From assembly GCA_965203555.1 (NCBI GenBank), contig CBDBCY010000004.1, positions 1,344,001 to 1,408,000 on the forward strand: a stretch of 64,000 bases of DNA. Reading direction: 5' to 3'. The stretch is from Acidimicrobiia bacterium (GTDB taxonomy: Bacteria > Actinomycetota > Acidimicrobiia > Spongiisociales > ZC4RG35). This document shows positions 18,951 to 27,685 of this stretch, piece by piece; the stretch's first letter is position 1; each line of letters begins with the position of its first letter. The notes under the pieces are model-generated. The model did no database searches, was not told the DNA's origin, and saw nothing but the letters and a program-made list of their open reading frames with translations. The position numbers were made by a program, and so were the translations under genes.

Positions 18951-20111
18951 ATGACGTCCAGCAACACACAAAAGGGCAAGGTCCAGACGGTCCTGGGAAC
19001 CATATCCGCCGACTCGCTCGGCATCACCCTTCCCCATGAGCACGTGCTGATCGACATGACCATGGGGCAGTCGTCGGCCGTGGCCCTCATCAGGTCGGGA
19101 GAATCGGCTCAGAAGGCCGGTGAGATACCGGAAGCGGGATGGGAGAAGGGACAGGACGGACCGGGCGTGGCCGCCTCCTGGACCGCCAAATGGGGACAGC
19201 CCATCACCTTGGAAAACCGGGGAGACGTGGCTCGCAACTGGTTCTACTACGGCGACTACCGGATCACCGACATCGACGACGTCATTTACGAGGCCAACCT
19301 GTTCAAGCGCCATGGCGGGACCTGCCTGGTGGACCAAACACCGCGCGGTCTGGCCCGCGATCCTCGGGGGCTGGCCCAGATCGCCCGCGCCACCGGGGTC
19401 CACGTGGTGATGGGCACCGGCTTCTACGCCTTCGAATTCCACCCCTCCAACATGTCGGACCTGGACATCTCCCGGTTGCAGGAGTTGATCACCGGCGACA
19501 TCGTGGTCGGAGTGGCGGGAGGCATAAAGGCGGGGATCATCGGAGAGGTGGGCCTCACCTGGCCGCTCCACCCCAACGAGGAGAAGGTCCTTCGGGCATC
19601 GATCCGGTCACAAAAGGAGACCGGCTGCGCTCTCTCCATCCATCCCGGCTTCAGCGCCGATTCCATCTGGGACACGGTCAGGATCGTGGAGGAGGAGGGA
19701 GGGGACCTCTCCCGGACCATCATCTGCCACCTGGAGCACCGCCTTCCCTCCCGGCCCGCCCCCCACTCCTTCGACCCGGCGCCGTTCCTGGAGTTGGGCG
19801 CCACCGGGGTGAACCTCTCCATCGACTGTTTCGGCTGGGAGCAGTCCTACCGCCAGCGCGGCCCCGTCGACATGGCCAACGACGCCATCCGGCTCAACTA
19901 CCTGATGGCCCTGGCGGAGGCCGGCCATCAAGAGCAGTTGCTGATCTCAAGCGACCTTGCCCTTCAGCACTGGCAGCGCAAATACGGCGGACACGGCTGG
20001 CAGCACATACCCGAAACGGTCCAGCAACTGATGCGCTACAAGGGATTCGACCAGGGTCTGATCGACCAGATCCTTATCGAGAACCCCCGCCGCTTGCTGA
20101 CTTTCGTTTAA
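18951..20111 (+). CDS. Phosphotriesterase-related amidohydrolase (PTER-like), copy 1
   Basis: VQTVLG, PHEH, GIIGEVG, IHPG, ICH, ISSD, KYGGHG and ILIENP; ATG at 18951. Confidence 0.9.
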   Translation: MTSSNTQKGKVQTVLGTISADSLGITLPHEHVLIDMTMGQSSAVALIRSGESAQKAGEIPEAGWEKGQDGPGVAASWTAKWGQPITLENRGDVARNWFYYGDYRITDIDDVIYEANLFKRHGGTCLVDQTPRGLARDPRGLAQIARATGVHVVMGTGFYAFEFHPSNMSDLDISRLQELITGDIVVGVAGGIKAGIIGEVGLTWPLHPNEEKVLRASIRSQKETGCALSIHPGFSADSIWDTVRIVEEEGGDLSRTIICHLEHRLPSRPAPHSFDPAPFLELGATGVNLSIDCFGWEQSYRQRGPVDMANDAIRLNYLMALAEAGHQEQLLISSDLALQHWQRKYGGHGWQHIPETVQQLMRYKGFDQGLIDQILIENPRRLLTFV

Positions 20112-20220
20112 CATCTGCGGTTTCTCGCAACAGGGGATGAAGTTGACCCGCAGCATCGCGAAGCGACGCCGGCCGGTGGGGGAGTTCCGCGTTGGCGCGG
20201 CGCGCAGGGGGCTGCGTTCA

Positions 20221-20278
20221 GGGTGATAACCCACCGAAACCGGGGTGATTCCCCACAGGAACCAGGGAGAAACCCCAT
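20221..20278 (+). promoter_or_regulatory. Three direct repeats GGGWGA..CCCA at a 22-bp period upstream of the ABC-2 operon
   Basis: GGGTGATAACCCAC (20221), GGGTGATTCCCCAC (20243), GGGAGAAACCCCAT (20265). Confidence 0.65.
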
Positions 20279-20362
20279 GGACAAGCAGTCTCGGACGCCC
20301 CATAGTTTTTAAGACATGAGCAACAGAACGACATCACTTGGCCAGATGGACCCCCTGCGCCG

Positions 20363-21313
20363 ATGACCGTGAGCAGCGAACCCACGGGTCGGGGAGTCGC
20401 CGACGCGCCGATCATCGAAACCCGGGACCTCCACAAACATTTCGGGAAGGTCCGCGCTCTGGCCGGCGTCGATCTCACCGTCCCACCCGGCATAACCGGA
20501 TTGGTGGGGGCCAACGGGGCGGGCAAGACCACCCTGATCAGATTGTTGTTGGGTTTGACCGCGCCAACCTCCGGACATGTGGCGGTGTTCGGAACACCGG
20601 TTTCCAAAGATGCGGCCGGCCTGCGGGCCAGGATCGGCTACATGCCGGAGGGCGCCTGCCTCCCCCGCGACCAGACGGCGGCCGACTTCGTGGCGTACGC
20701 GGCGGAACTGGCCGGAATCCCATCGACCGAGGCCCGGCGGCGCGCCTCCGAAACCCTGTTCCTGGTGGGACTGCACGAGGAACGATTCCGCTATCTCGGG
20801 GACTTCTCGACCGGTATGCAACAACGCGTGAAACTGGCCCAAAGCATCGTGCACGATCCCAAGTTGGTGCTCCTCGACGAGCCCGCCTCCGGCCTCGACC
20901 CCGCGGGGCGCGACCAGATGCTGGAGGTCATCAATCGCTTCCGCGAGTTCGGCATGAACGTCCTCTTTTCCTCCCACCTCCTGGACGACATCGAGCAGAC
21001 CTGCGACTGGGTGGTGATGCTGGATGGCGGCCGGTTGCTCCGCTCCGCCCCTCTCGAACCTCCCAGCGACGGCGCCTCCGTGTCGGTGGAGGTCTTCGGC
21101 GATCCCCGGCCGCTGGTAGCCGCCCTCACCGAACAAGGTCTCGAAATCACCTACGCCGGTCGGGTCGTGACGGCCGCGAGTTCCTCGGAGGATGTGTTCG
21201 TCGCGGTGCGTGACGCGCTGGCGGCTTCCGGCTCATCGGTCCGGGCGATGGGGACTGATCTGAGAAGCCTGGAAGACGTGTTCGTGGCGGCCACGAAGCA
21301 GTCCCATGACTGA
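20363..21313 (+). CDS. ABC-2 type exporter ATP-binding protein
   Basis: GANGAGKT, FSTGMQQR, LLDEP and SSH. Confidence 0.93.
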   Translation: MTVSSEPTGRGVADAPIIETRDLHKHFGKVRALAGVDLTVPPGITGLVGANGAGKTTLIRLLLGLTAPTSGHVAVFGTPVSKDAAGLRARIGYMPEGACLPRDQTAADFVAYAAELAGIPSTEARRRASETLFLVGLHEERFRYLGDFSTGMQQRVKLAQSIVHDPKLVLLDEPASGLDPAGRDQMLEVINRFREFGMNVLFSSHLLDDIEQTCDWVVMLDGGRLLRSAPLEPPSDGASVSVEVFGDPRPLVAALTEQGLEITYAGRVVTAASSSEDVFVAVRDALAASGSSVRAMGTDLRSLEDVFVAATKQSHD

Positions 21314-22220
21314 GTCTCCGAGGACCGGTCAAGACCCGGCGATCATCCTCGACCGCGGCTACCGCAGCTACCACGGGCCCCGCACCGGGCGGCGCGGCGC
21401 CATGGCAGCGATAGTCAAAGAGGGATACCGGCGGGTACTGGGGCTTCGGCGAAAAGCAAAACGCAAGTTGTTCCCCTGGACGCTCATCGCGCTGGCGCTG
21501 GGGTCGGCGGTGGTCCTGGTGGCAATAGAGTGGGTCTCATCCAGCCTGCCCGTCTCGCTGGACACGTCGGACCTCTTCCCGCGATACGCCGGATACTTCG
21601 ATTTCATCTCGAACGTCGCCCTGCTCTTCGCCGCCTTCACCGGTCCCCAGTTGCTGGCGCCCGATCGCACCCAGGGAGTGCTGAACGTCTACTTCTCGAG
21701 ACCCCTGGGAGTCCGCGACTACCTGGTGGCCAAGGGGGCTACGTTCGCCGCGGTCATCCTGAGCTTCTGGCTGGTTCCACAACTCCTTCTCCACCTGGGA
21801 TACGCCGCCCTTTCGCCGGCCGGGTTTCTCTCCTACCTCGGCGAGACCACCGACATCCTGTGGAAAGTCCCCGCGGCCGCACTCGTCTACTTCACGCTGC
21901 ATGCCTCGCTGGCCTTTCTGGCCGCCTCATTCGCCAAGCGGGTGGGCACTGCCGCGGCGGGGTTCATAGCGGTGTTGTTGGGCCTCAACCTCGTCGCCCT
22001 CCTCTTCCAGGAGGCAAGTTCAGCGCCCGGCGCCCGGTGGACCTCGTTGCTGGCGCTGGAACAACACCCGCGACATGTCCGTGACTGGATCTTCGACCTG
22101 GACTCCACGGTGATCCCGGCGCAGGCCGGCTTCAGCCCCGAAGCCTCGCTGATGGTGGTGATCGGCCTGGCCGTCATCGGCGTTCTGCTGGTGGGTTGGC
22201 GATACCGGAGGCTGACGTGA
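21306..22220 (+). CDS. ABC-2 type permease
   Basis: Multi-TM protein with the YFSRPL..DYL.AK motif; overlaps the ATPase gene. Confidence 0.85.
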   Translation: MTESPRTGQDPAIILDRGYRSYHGPRTGRRGAMAAIVKEGYRRVLGLRRKAKRKLFPWTLIALALGSAVVLVAIEWVSSSLPVSLDTSDLFPRYAGYFDFISNVALLFAAFTGPQLLAPDRTQGVLNVYFSRPLGVRDYLVAKGATFAAVILSFWLVPQLLLHLGYAALSPAGFLSYLGETTDILWKVPAAALVYFTLHASLAFLAASFAKRVGTAAAGFIAVLLGLNLVALLFQEASSAPGARWTSLLALEQHPRHVRDWIFDLDSTVIPAQAGFSPEASLMVVIGLAVIGVLLVGWRYRRLT

Positions 22221-23173
22221 CCGGAGCACCTGCCGCCATGGACGCGCGGGACGTCTCCGACGCCACGGTGGTTGCCACCGACCTTTCGAAGTGGTTCGGG
22301 CAGAAGGTGGCGGTCTCGGAGGTGAGTTGCTCCTTCGGACCGGGGGTAACGGGGCTGCTGGGGCCCAACGGGGCGGGCAAGACCACCCTGCTGAGGGTGC
22401 TGGCCGGTCTGCTGGCGCCCTCCGCCGGCAGGGCGACCATTCTGGGCCGGACCCCGAAGAAACATCACGGCGTCTACCGACACGTCGGATTCGTGCCCGA
22501 AGACGAGGCGGTCTACAACCACATGACCGCCCGCCGCTTCGTCGAGTGGAGCGCGGCGCTCTCCAAGGTGAACGATGCGAGGTTCGCTGCGCGGCGGGTG
22601 CTGGAGACGGTCCAACTCACTGAAGACGCCCACCGCCCCCTTTCGGGATTCTCGAAGGGTATGCGGCAGCGGGCCAAGGTCGCGGCCGCCTTGGTCCACG
22701 ATCCGCAGGTCCTGATACTCGACGAACCCCTCAACGGGACCGATCCGGTCCAGCGCGCCCGCCTGATCGATCTTTTCGTACAACTGGGAAGGGAGGGAAA
22801 AACCATCATCGTCTCTTCCCACGTGCTGGCCGAGGTCGAGCGCACGGCCGCCAGGGTGGTGGCCATGGTCAACGGCCGCCTTGCAGCCGCGGGATCCGTG
22901 GCCGCCCTTCGCGACGCCATGTCCGACACTCCACGCCTGATCCGCATCGACACCGACCGGCCACGTGAACTGGCCCGGCGGCTCCTGGTCGGTGATTGGG
23001 TGGAAGCCGTACGCGTCGATCCCGCCGGGATCGAGGTCAGAACCAGCGACGCAGGCGCCCTCGGGCTTGACATCGCGGTGGCTGCCCGCCAGACCGATTC
23101 GGTGGTTACGGCCGTGTCCGCCGAGGACGATTCGCTGGAGAGCGTCTTCCGCTACCTGGTGGAGCAGCGGTGA
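22217..23173 (+). CDS. ABC-2 type exporter ATP-binding protein
   Basis: GPNGAGKT, FSKGMRQR and ILDEP; GTGA overlap start (exact start uncertain). Confidence 0.92.
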   Translation: MTGAPAAMDARDVSDATVVATDLSKWFGQKVAVSEVSCSFGPGVTGLLGPNGAGKTTLLRVLAGLLAPSAGRATILGRTPKKHHGVYRHVGFVPEDEAVYNHMTARRFVEWSAALSKVNDARFAARRVLETVQLTEDAHRPLSGFSKGMRQRAKVAAALVHDPQVLILDEPLNGTDPVQRARLIDLFVQLGREGKTIIVSSHVLAEVERTAARVVAMVNGRLAAAGSVAALRDAMSDTPRLIRIDTDRPRELARRLLVGDWVEAVRVDPAGIEVRTSDAGALGLDIAVAARQTDSVVTAVSAEDDSLESVFRYLVEQR

Positions 23174-23931
23174 GGGCTTTTTTGCTGATCACGCGCTCGG
23201 TGATGGGCCGGTTGCTCGGCCTTCGTCGGTCGATCGGGCTCATCGTGCTGACCGGTTCCATTGCTCCAATACTCCTGGTGCTGGCGCCCGGGCGCTCGGG
23301 CGACCAGGTGGCCACCCTGTACAACGACATCACCGTCGGCCTCGGACTGTCGATCCTCTTCCCGGTTGCCGCCCTGGTCGTGTCGACCGCCGCGCTGGGC
23401 GAGGAGCGGAAGTCCCGCACCCTTCCTTTCCTGCTTCTGAAACCGGTCTCCCGATGGGTGATCTCTCTGGGAGTCGTCACAGCCTCGGCCCTGGCTTCCT
23501 TCGTGATTCTGCAGGCCGGCGTGCTGGCGTCCTGGATCGTGGCTGCCGCCGTGACCGGAGACTGGTCGATCGGGGTTTCCACCACCGTGGCGGCAGCAGT
23601 GCAGAGCGTGGCGTCGGCTGCCCTGTTCGTTCCCCTGGGCCTGGTACTCGGCCGCGCCGCCCTGGTGGGCCTCGGCTACCTGCTGATCTGGGAAGTGACC
23701 CTGGGTGACGTGATTGAAGGGATCCAGGCTTCGTCGATCTACCGCATCGTCGTCTCTGCCTGGGCGGACCTGGCCGCCATGACACCCGACAATCTCGACA
23801 CCGTCTACGAGGTGCTGGGTCGGGTGGAAGTCGGCGTGGGAGGCGCAGTCGCCAAGGCCACCGTGCTGGCGATTGTCTCAGTGGCCGTCACCGGGTTGCT
23901 GCTCAGGCGTGGGGACCTGGTCCCCGAATAG
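23170..23931 (+). CDS. ABC-2 type permease
   Basis: Hydrophobic, EERKSRTLPFLLLKPVSR motif. Confidence 0.85.
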   Translation: MRAFLLITRSVMGRLLGLRRSIGLIVLTGSIAPILLVLAPGRSGDQVATLYNDITVGLGLSILFPVAALVVSTAALGEERKSRTLPFLLLKPVSRWVISLGVVTASALASFVILQAGVLASWIVAAAVTGDWSIGVSTTVAAAVQSVASAALFVPLGLVLGRAALVGLGYLLIWEVTLGDVIEGIQASSIYRIVVSAWADLAAMTPDNLDTVYEVLGRVEVGVGGAVAKATVLAIVSVAVTGLLLRRGDLVPE

Positions 23932-24036
23932 ATCTCACGTTACATCCCATCCGACGCCAGCCTACCCCACCACTGCCAAACGTAGGACCGTCGGCCCCCT
24001 CTCTGACACTCCTGGCGCTCTCTACAATGGTGGGCC

Positions 24037-25188
24037 ATGACTACCCGGAGCGGCAAGATCCAGACCGTTCTGGGACCTGTCCCTCCCCACTCGGTGGGCA
24101 TCACCCTCCCCCATGAGCACGTGCTGATCGACATGACCGCCGGACAGTCATCGGCCGCCGCCCTGCTGGGTTCGACCGAATCGGTGGAGAGAGCTTCCGC
24201 CCAGCCCGAGGCGGGATTGGAACCCGGGCAGAACGGGCCCGGAGTGGCCGCCTCTTTCACCACCAAGTGGGGGAAACCGGTCACGCTGGACACCCGCGCC
24301 GACATCGAACGCTACTGGTTCTTCTATGGAAACTACCGGCTCACCGATATTGACGACGTCATCTACGAGGCAAACCTTTTCAAACGCCACGGCGGATCCT
24401 GCCTGGTGGACCAGACCCCCCGCGGACTGGCCCGCGACCCCCGGGGACTGGCCCAGATCGCCCGGGCCACCGGAGTGCATGTCGTCATGGGAACCGGCTT
24501 CTATTCCCAGCACCACCATCCCTCCAATATGTCGGAGTTGAGCATCTCCCGGTTGCAGGAGTTGATAACCGGTGACATCGTCGACGGCGTGGCGGGAGGC
24601 GTCAAAGCCGGGATCATCGGGGAGGTGGGGCTGTCCTGGCCGCTCAGTCCCAACGAGGAAAAGTCCCTGCGGGCCTCCATACGGTCCCAGAATGAGACCG
24701 GCGCTCCCATTTCCATCCACCCCGGATACAGCCCCGACTCCGTATGGGACGCGATCCGCATCGTGGACGAGGAAGGGGGAGACCTGTCCCGGATCGCTTT
24801 TTCCCACGTCGAACACCGGCTGCCGTCCCGCCCGGCGCCCCATTCCTTCGATCCGGCGCCCTTTCTGGAGTTGGCCGCCACCGGGGCAAGCCTGCTGCTG
24901 GACGGATTCGGCCGGGAGGCCTCCCACCGCCAGCGCGGACCGATCGATGATCCCAACGACGCGGTGCGGCTCAACTACCTGATGGCCCTGGCCGAATCCG
25001 GTTACGAGCAGCAACTGCTGATTTCCCACGATCTCGCCCTGCAGCACTGGTACCGCCGCTACGGTGGGTTCGGGTGGCAGCACATCCCCGAGACAGTCCA
25101 GCAACTTATGCGCTACAAAGGATTCGACCAGGATCTGATCGACCGGATCCTCATCGAAAACCCCCGCCGCCTGCTTACATTTCCATAG
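24037..25188 (+). CDS. Phosphotriesterase-related amidohydrolase (PTER-like), copy 2
   Basis: Close paralog of 18951-20111; PHEH, GIIGEVGLSWPL and ISHD; TACAAT -10 box at 24023 suggests a leaderless start. Confidence 0.92.
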   Translation: MTTRSGKIQTVLGPVPPHSVGITLPHEHVLIDMTAGQSSAAALLGSTESVERASAQPEAGLEPGQNGPGVAASFTTKWGKPVTLDTRADIERYWFFYGNYRLTDIDDVIYEANLFKRHGGSCLVDQTPRGLARDPRGLAQIARATGVHVVMGTGFYSQHHHPSNMSELSISRLQELITGDIVDGVAGGVKAGIIGEVGLSWPLSPNEEKSLRASIRSQNETGAPISIHPGYSPDSVWDAIRIVDEEGGDLSRIAFSHVEHRLPSRPAPHSFDPAPFLELAATGASLLLDGFGREASHRQRGPIDDPNDAVRLNYLMALAESGYEQQLLISHDLALQHWYRRYGGFGWQHIPETVQQLMRYKGFDQDLIDRILIENPRRLLTFP

Positions 25189-25210
25189 ACCCCCACCCCG
25201 TAGGAGAACC

Positions 25211-25681
25211 ATGTCCACAACAGAGGAGACCCGAGCGGTCGTCGAACGCTTCATTCTCGAAGGAGAGAAAGACTTTCCCGTGACCAGCGCCAACCTGGAA
25301 GTCTTCAAGACCAACCTCCGGGCACTGTTCGAAGAACTGGTCCACCCCGACATCGTGCTGCACGGCGTACCGGGAGTCCCACGGGGAAGAGACCTGTGGT
25401 ACGACTTCTACTACAAACTTGGGATCGCTTTCCCCGACTCGGCCACCACCCTCAACGTCATGGTGGTGGAGAACGACAAGGCGGCGGTCGATTGGACCTG
25501 GGAGGCAACCCACTCGGCGCCGCTGATGGGGATCCCGCCCACGGGGATCAAGCTGGCGGTGCGGGGAATGACCATCGAAAGGGTGGAGAACGGTCAGATC
25601 GTCGAGCACTGGGCTGTCATCGATCAACTGAGCTGGCTCCAACAACTGGGAGTCATCTCCTCGGACCTGTCCGTCAACTGA
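25211..25681 (+). CDS. SnoaL-like/ester cyclase protein
   Basis: AFPD, GIPPTG and ENGQIVEHW. Confidence 0.9.
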   Translation: MSTTEETRAVVERFILEGEKDFPVTSANLEVFKTNLRALFEELVHPDIVLHGVPGVPRGRDLWYDFYYKLGIAFPDSATTLNVMVVENDKAAVDWTWEATHSAPLMGIPPTGIKLAVRGMTIERVENGQIVEHWAVIDQLSWLQQLGVISSDLSVN

Positions 25682-25697
25682 ACGAGAGGAGTTGAAA

Positions 25698-26195
25698 ATG
25701 CCAGACCCACAGACCGAAGAAACTCGCCGGATCGTCAAGCGCTTCACCCTCGACTGTGAAAAAGACTTTCCTCTCACCGATCCGTCCGACGACAGTTGGA
25801 AGGACCGCCTTTGGGAGTTGTTCGAGGAACTGGTCCACCCCGACATAGTCCTGCACGGCGTCCCCGGGCTGAAGCAGGGATACCGCCCCTGGTACGACCG
25901 GTTCGTCTCGGTGGGCGCCAACTTCCCCGACGGCCTCACCACCATCGATGTGCTAACCGCTGAGGGAGACAAGGCCACCATGGTGTGGACGTGGGAGGCA
26001 ACCCACAGCCGGGAGGTGATGGGCGCTGCGCCAACCGGCAACAAGATCAGGGTCCAGGCCGTCATGGTCCAGCGGGTGGAGGATGGAAAGATCGCCGAGC
26101 ACTGGGTGGGATTCGACTCGCTGCGCTGGTTGGAACAATTGGGGTTGGTGGGCGGCGATGTCTCCGCCATCGGAAAGGGACATGCTGTTGGATAA
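25698..26195 (+). CDS. SnoaL-like/ester cyclase protein
   Basis: NFPD, AEGDK, PTGNKI and EDGKIAEHW. Confidence 0.9.
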   Translation: MPDPQTEETRRIVKRFTLDCEKDFPLTDPSDDSWKDRLWELFEELVHPDIVLHGVPGLKQGYRPWYDRFVSVGANFPDGLTTIDVLTAEGDKATMVWTWEATHSREVMGAAPTGNKIRVQAVMVQRVEDGKIAEHWVGFDSLRWLEQLGLVGGDVSAIGKGHAVG

Positions 26196-26250
26196 TCCCC
26201 AGCATCCATCGGTGGTTGTGGTGGGGTTTCCCGGATTAATACTGTAAAGT

Positions 26251-26374
26251 GGCTCATCGATTTCAGAGGGGTGTGATGGTTGCGAAGAGGTTCCAGTTGG
26301 GTTTTCCGGCGTAGAGAAGAGCGCTGATTCGGTAGTTGGCGAAGTTTCGGAACCCGAACGCTGCTCGTTGATCC
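26251..26374 (-). mobile_element. ISL3-family remnant: transposase C-terminus plus right end
   Basis: Minus frame reads RAAFGFRNFANYRISALLYAGKPNW...*, followed by a GGCTC-type ISL3 terminus at 26251. Confidence 0.8.
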
Positions 26375-26510
26375 GATGCTCCTTATCGTTGTCAAGGTTT
26401 TGTTGTGGGGCGAGCCCTGTGAGCCATCTCTCATAGCGGGTGGCTAGTTGAGGGTTGCGGTGTGGTGTTGGCCTCGTTCAAGTGAGATGCGGGAACCTCA
26501 ATAAATCAGC
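26375..26510 (-). mobile_element. Putative non-coding IS110-family-derived remnant (mini-element)
   Basis: Minus strand ends CTTGACAACGATAAGGAGCATC, which resembles actinobacterial IS110 right ends as I recall them; no ORF. Confidence 0.45.
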
Positions 26511-26516
26511 GGCCTC

Positions 26517-27629
26517 CTAGTGGTGCGTCGCGGTTTTGGTTTGGTGGAGGGCTGCGCGTCCTCGTTGGACTTTGGTGATGATTTCTTGTGCGGTTTTGTG
26601 CCAGATGAAGGGTTTGGGGTTTTGGTTCCAGTGGTCGGTCCAGGTGTTGATCGCTTCGATGAGCTGTCCGACGCTTCGGAAGCTGTCCCGGCGTAGCCGT
26701 TTTTGGGTGAGTTCCCGGAACCATCTTTCGACCAGGTTCAGCCACGACGCCGAAGTGGGCGTGTAATGGGTGTGCCAGCGGTCCCGACGGCGGGGATGCT
26801 CCAGCCAGCGGGTGACGTTGGCATGCTTGTGAGCGGCGTAGTTGTCGATCACCAGATGCACGTCCAGATCGGATGGGACATGACGTTCGATCAGTCTCAA
26901 AAAGCCCAAAAACTCCTGGTGACGATGTCTGGGTCGACAATCGGCGATGATCTTCCCCGTGGCGGTGTCCAACGCCGCGAACAAAGTGGTGGTGCCGTTG
27001 CGTTTGTAGTCATGGGTCATGGTCCCCGCCCGCCCGGGTTTCAGCGGCAGGGACCTCTGGGAGCGTTCCAGCGCCTGGATCTGGGACTTTTCGTCCACGC
27101 ACAACACCACCGCCCGTTCGGGCGGATTCATGTACAAACCCACCACGTCCACCAACTTCTCCTCAAAACGAGGATCATTGGACAACTTGAACGTCTCGAT
27201 CTTCCACGGTTGCAGTCCCCGCGCTTTCCAGATACGAGCCACGGTGTCCTTTCCCACCCCAAAACGGGCCGCCATCGTCCTGGTCGACCAATGCGTCGAC
27301 CCGTCCGCCGGGCGGGTACCCAACGTGTCCGAAACGATCTGTTCCACCACCTCCTGGCTGATCACCGGGGGACGGCCCCGACCCGGACGGATCACCCCCA
27401 CCCCGTCAACACCGTCCTCGGAGAAACGTTTCCGCCAAGCCCGGACCGTGTTCGACGACACCCCCACCCTCCGGGCGGTCTCCTCGTTGGCCACACCATC
27501 AGCAGCCAACAACAGGCCCCTGGCCTGGCGAACCCGCCGAAACGGCAACGATTCCGACCTCGCTATCTGTTCCAACGCAGCACGCTGCTCAACCGACATC
27601 TCCAACGGGGGCGCAATAAAAACAGGCAT
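26517..27629 (-). CDS. IS630 family transposase
   Basis: HTH, then DDE residues in VDEKS, VIDNY and NLVERWF; HDYKRNGT motif. Confidence 0.95.
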   Translation of the reverse strand: MPVFIAPPLEMSVEQRAALEQIARSESLPFRRVRQARGLLLAADGVANEETARRVGVSSNTVRAWRKRFSEDGVDGVGVIRPGRGRPPVISQEVVEQIVSDTLGTRPADGSTHWSTRTMAARFGVGKDTVARIWKARGLQPWKIETFKLSNDPRFEEKLVDVVGLYMNPPERAVVLCVDEKSQIQALERSQRSLPLKPGRAGTMTHDYKRNGTTTLFAALDTATGKIIADCRPRHRHQEFLGFLRLIERHVPSDLDVHLVIDNYAAHKHANVTRWLEHPRRRDRWHTHYTPTSASWLNLVERWFRELTQKRLRRDSFRSVGQLIEAINTWTDHWNQNPKPFIWHKTAQEIITKVQRGRAALHQTKTATHH

Positions 27630-27674
27630 ACCACAACATTAACCCACTCAACTACAAAACCGACGCACCACTAG
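26517..27674 (-). mobile_element. Intact IS630-family insertion sequence
   Basis: Terminal inverted repeats CTAGTGGTGCGTCG (26517) / CGACGCACCACTAG (27661-27674), including the CTAG target. Confidence 0.93.
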
Positions 27675-27685
27675 CATTGTGAGAA

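Noticed and set aside
17724-20111. 795-aa (+) and 604-aa (-) overlapping ORFs suggesting fusions or antisense genes
   Set aside because: They are stop-free shadow extensions of the PTER-like gene (start 18951) and the racemase gene (start 18812), typical of high-GC DNA.
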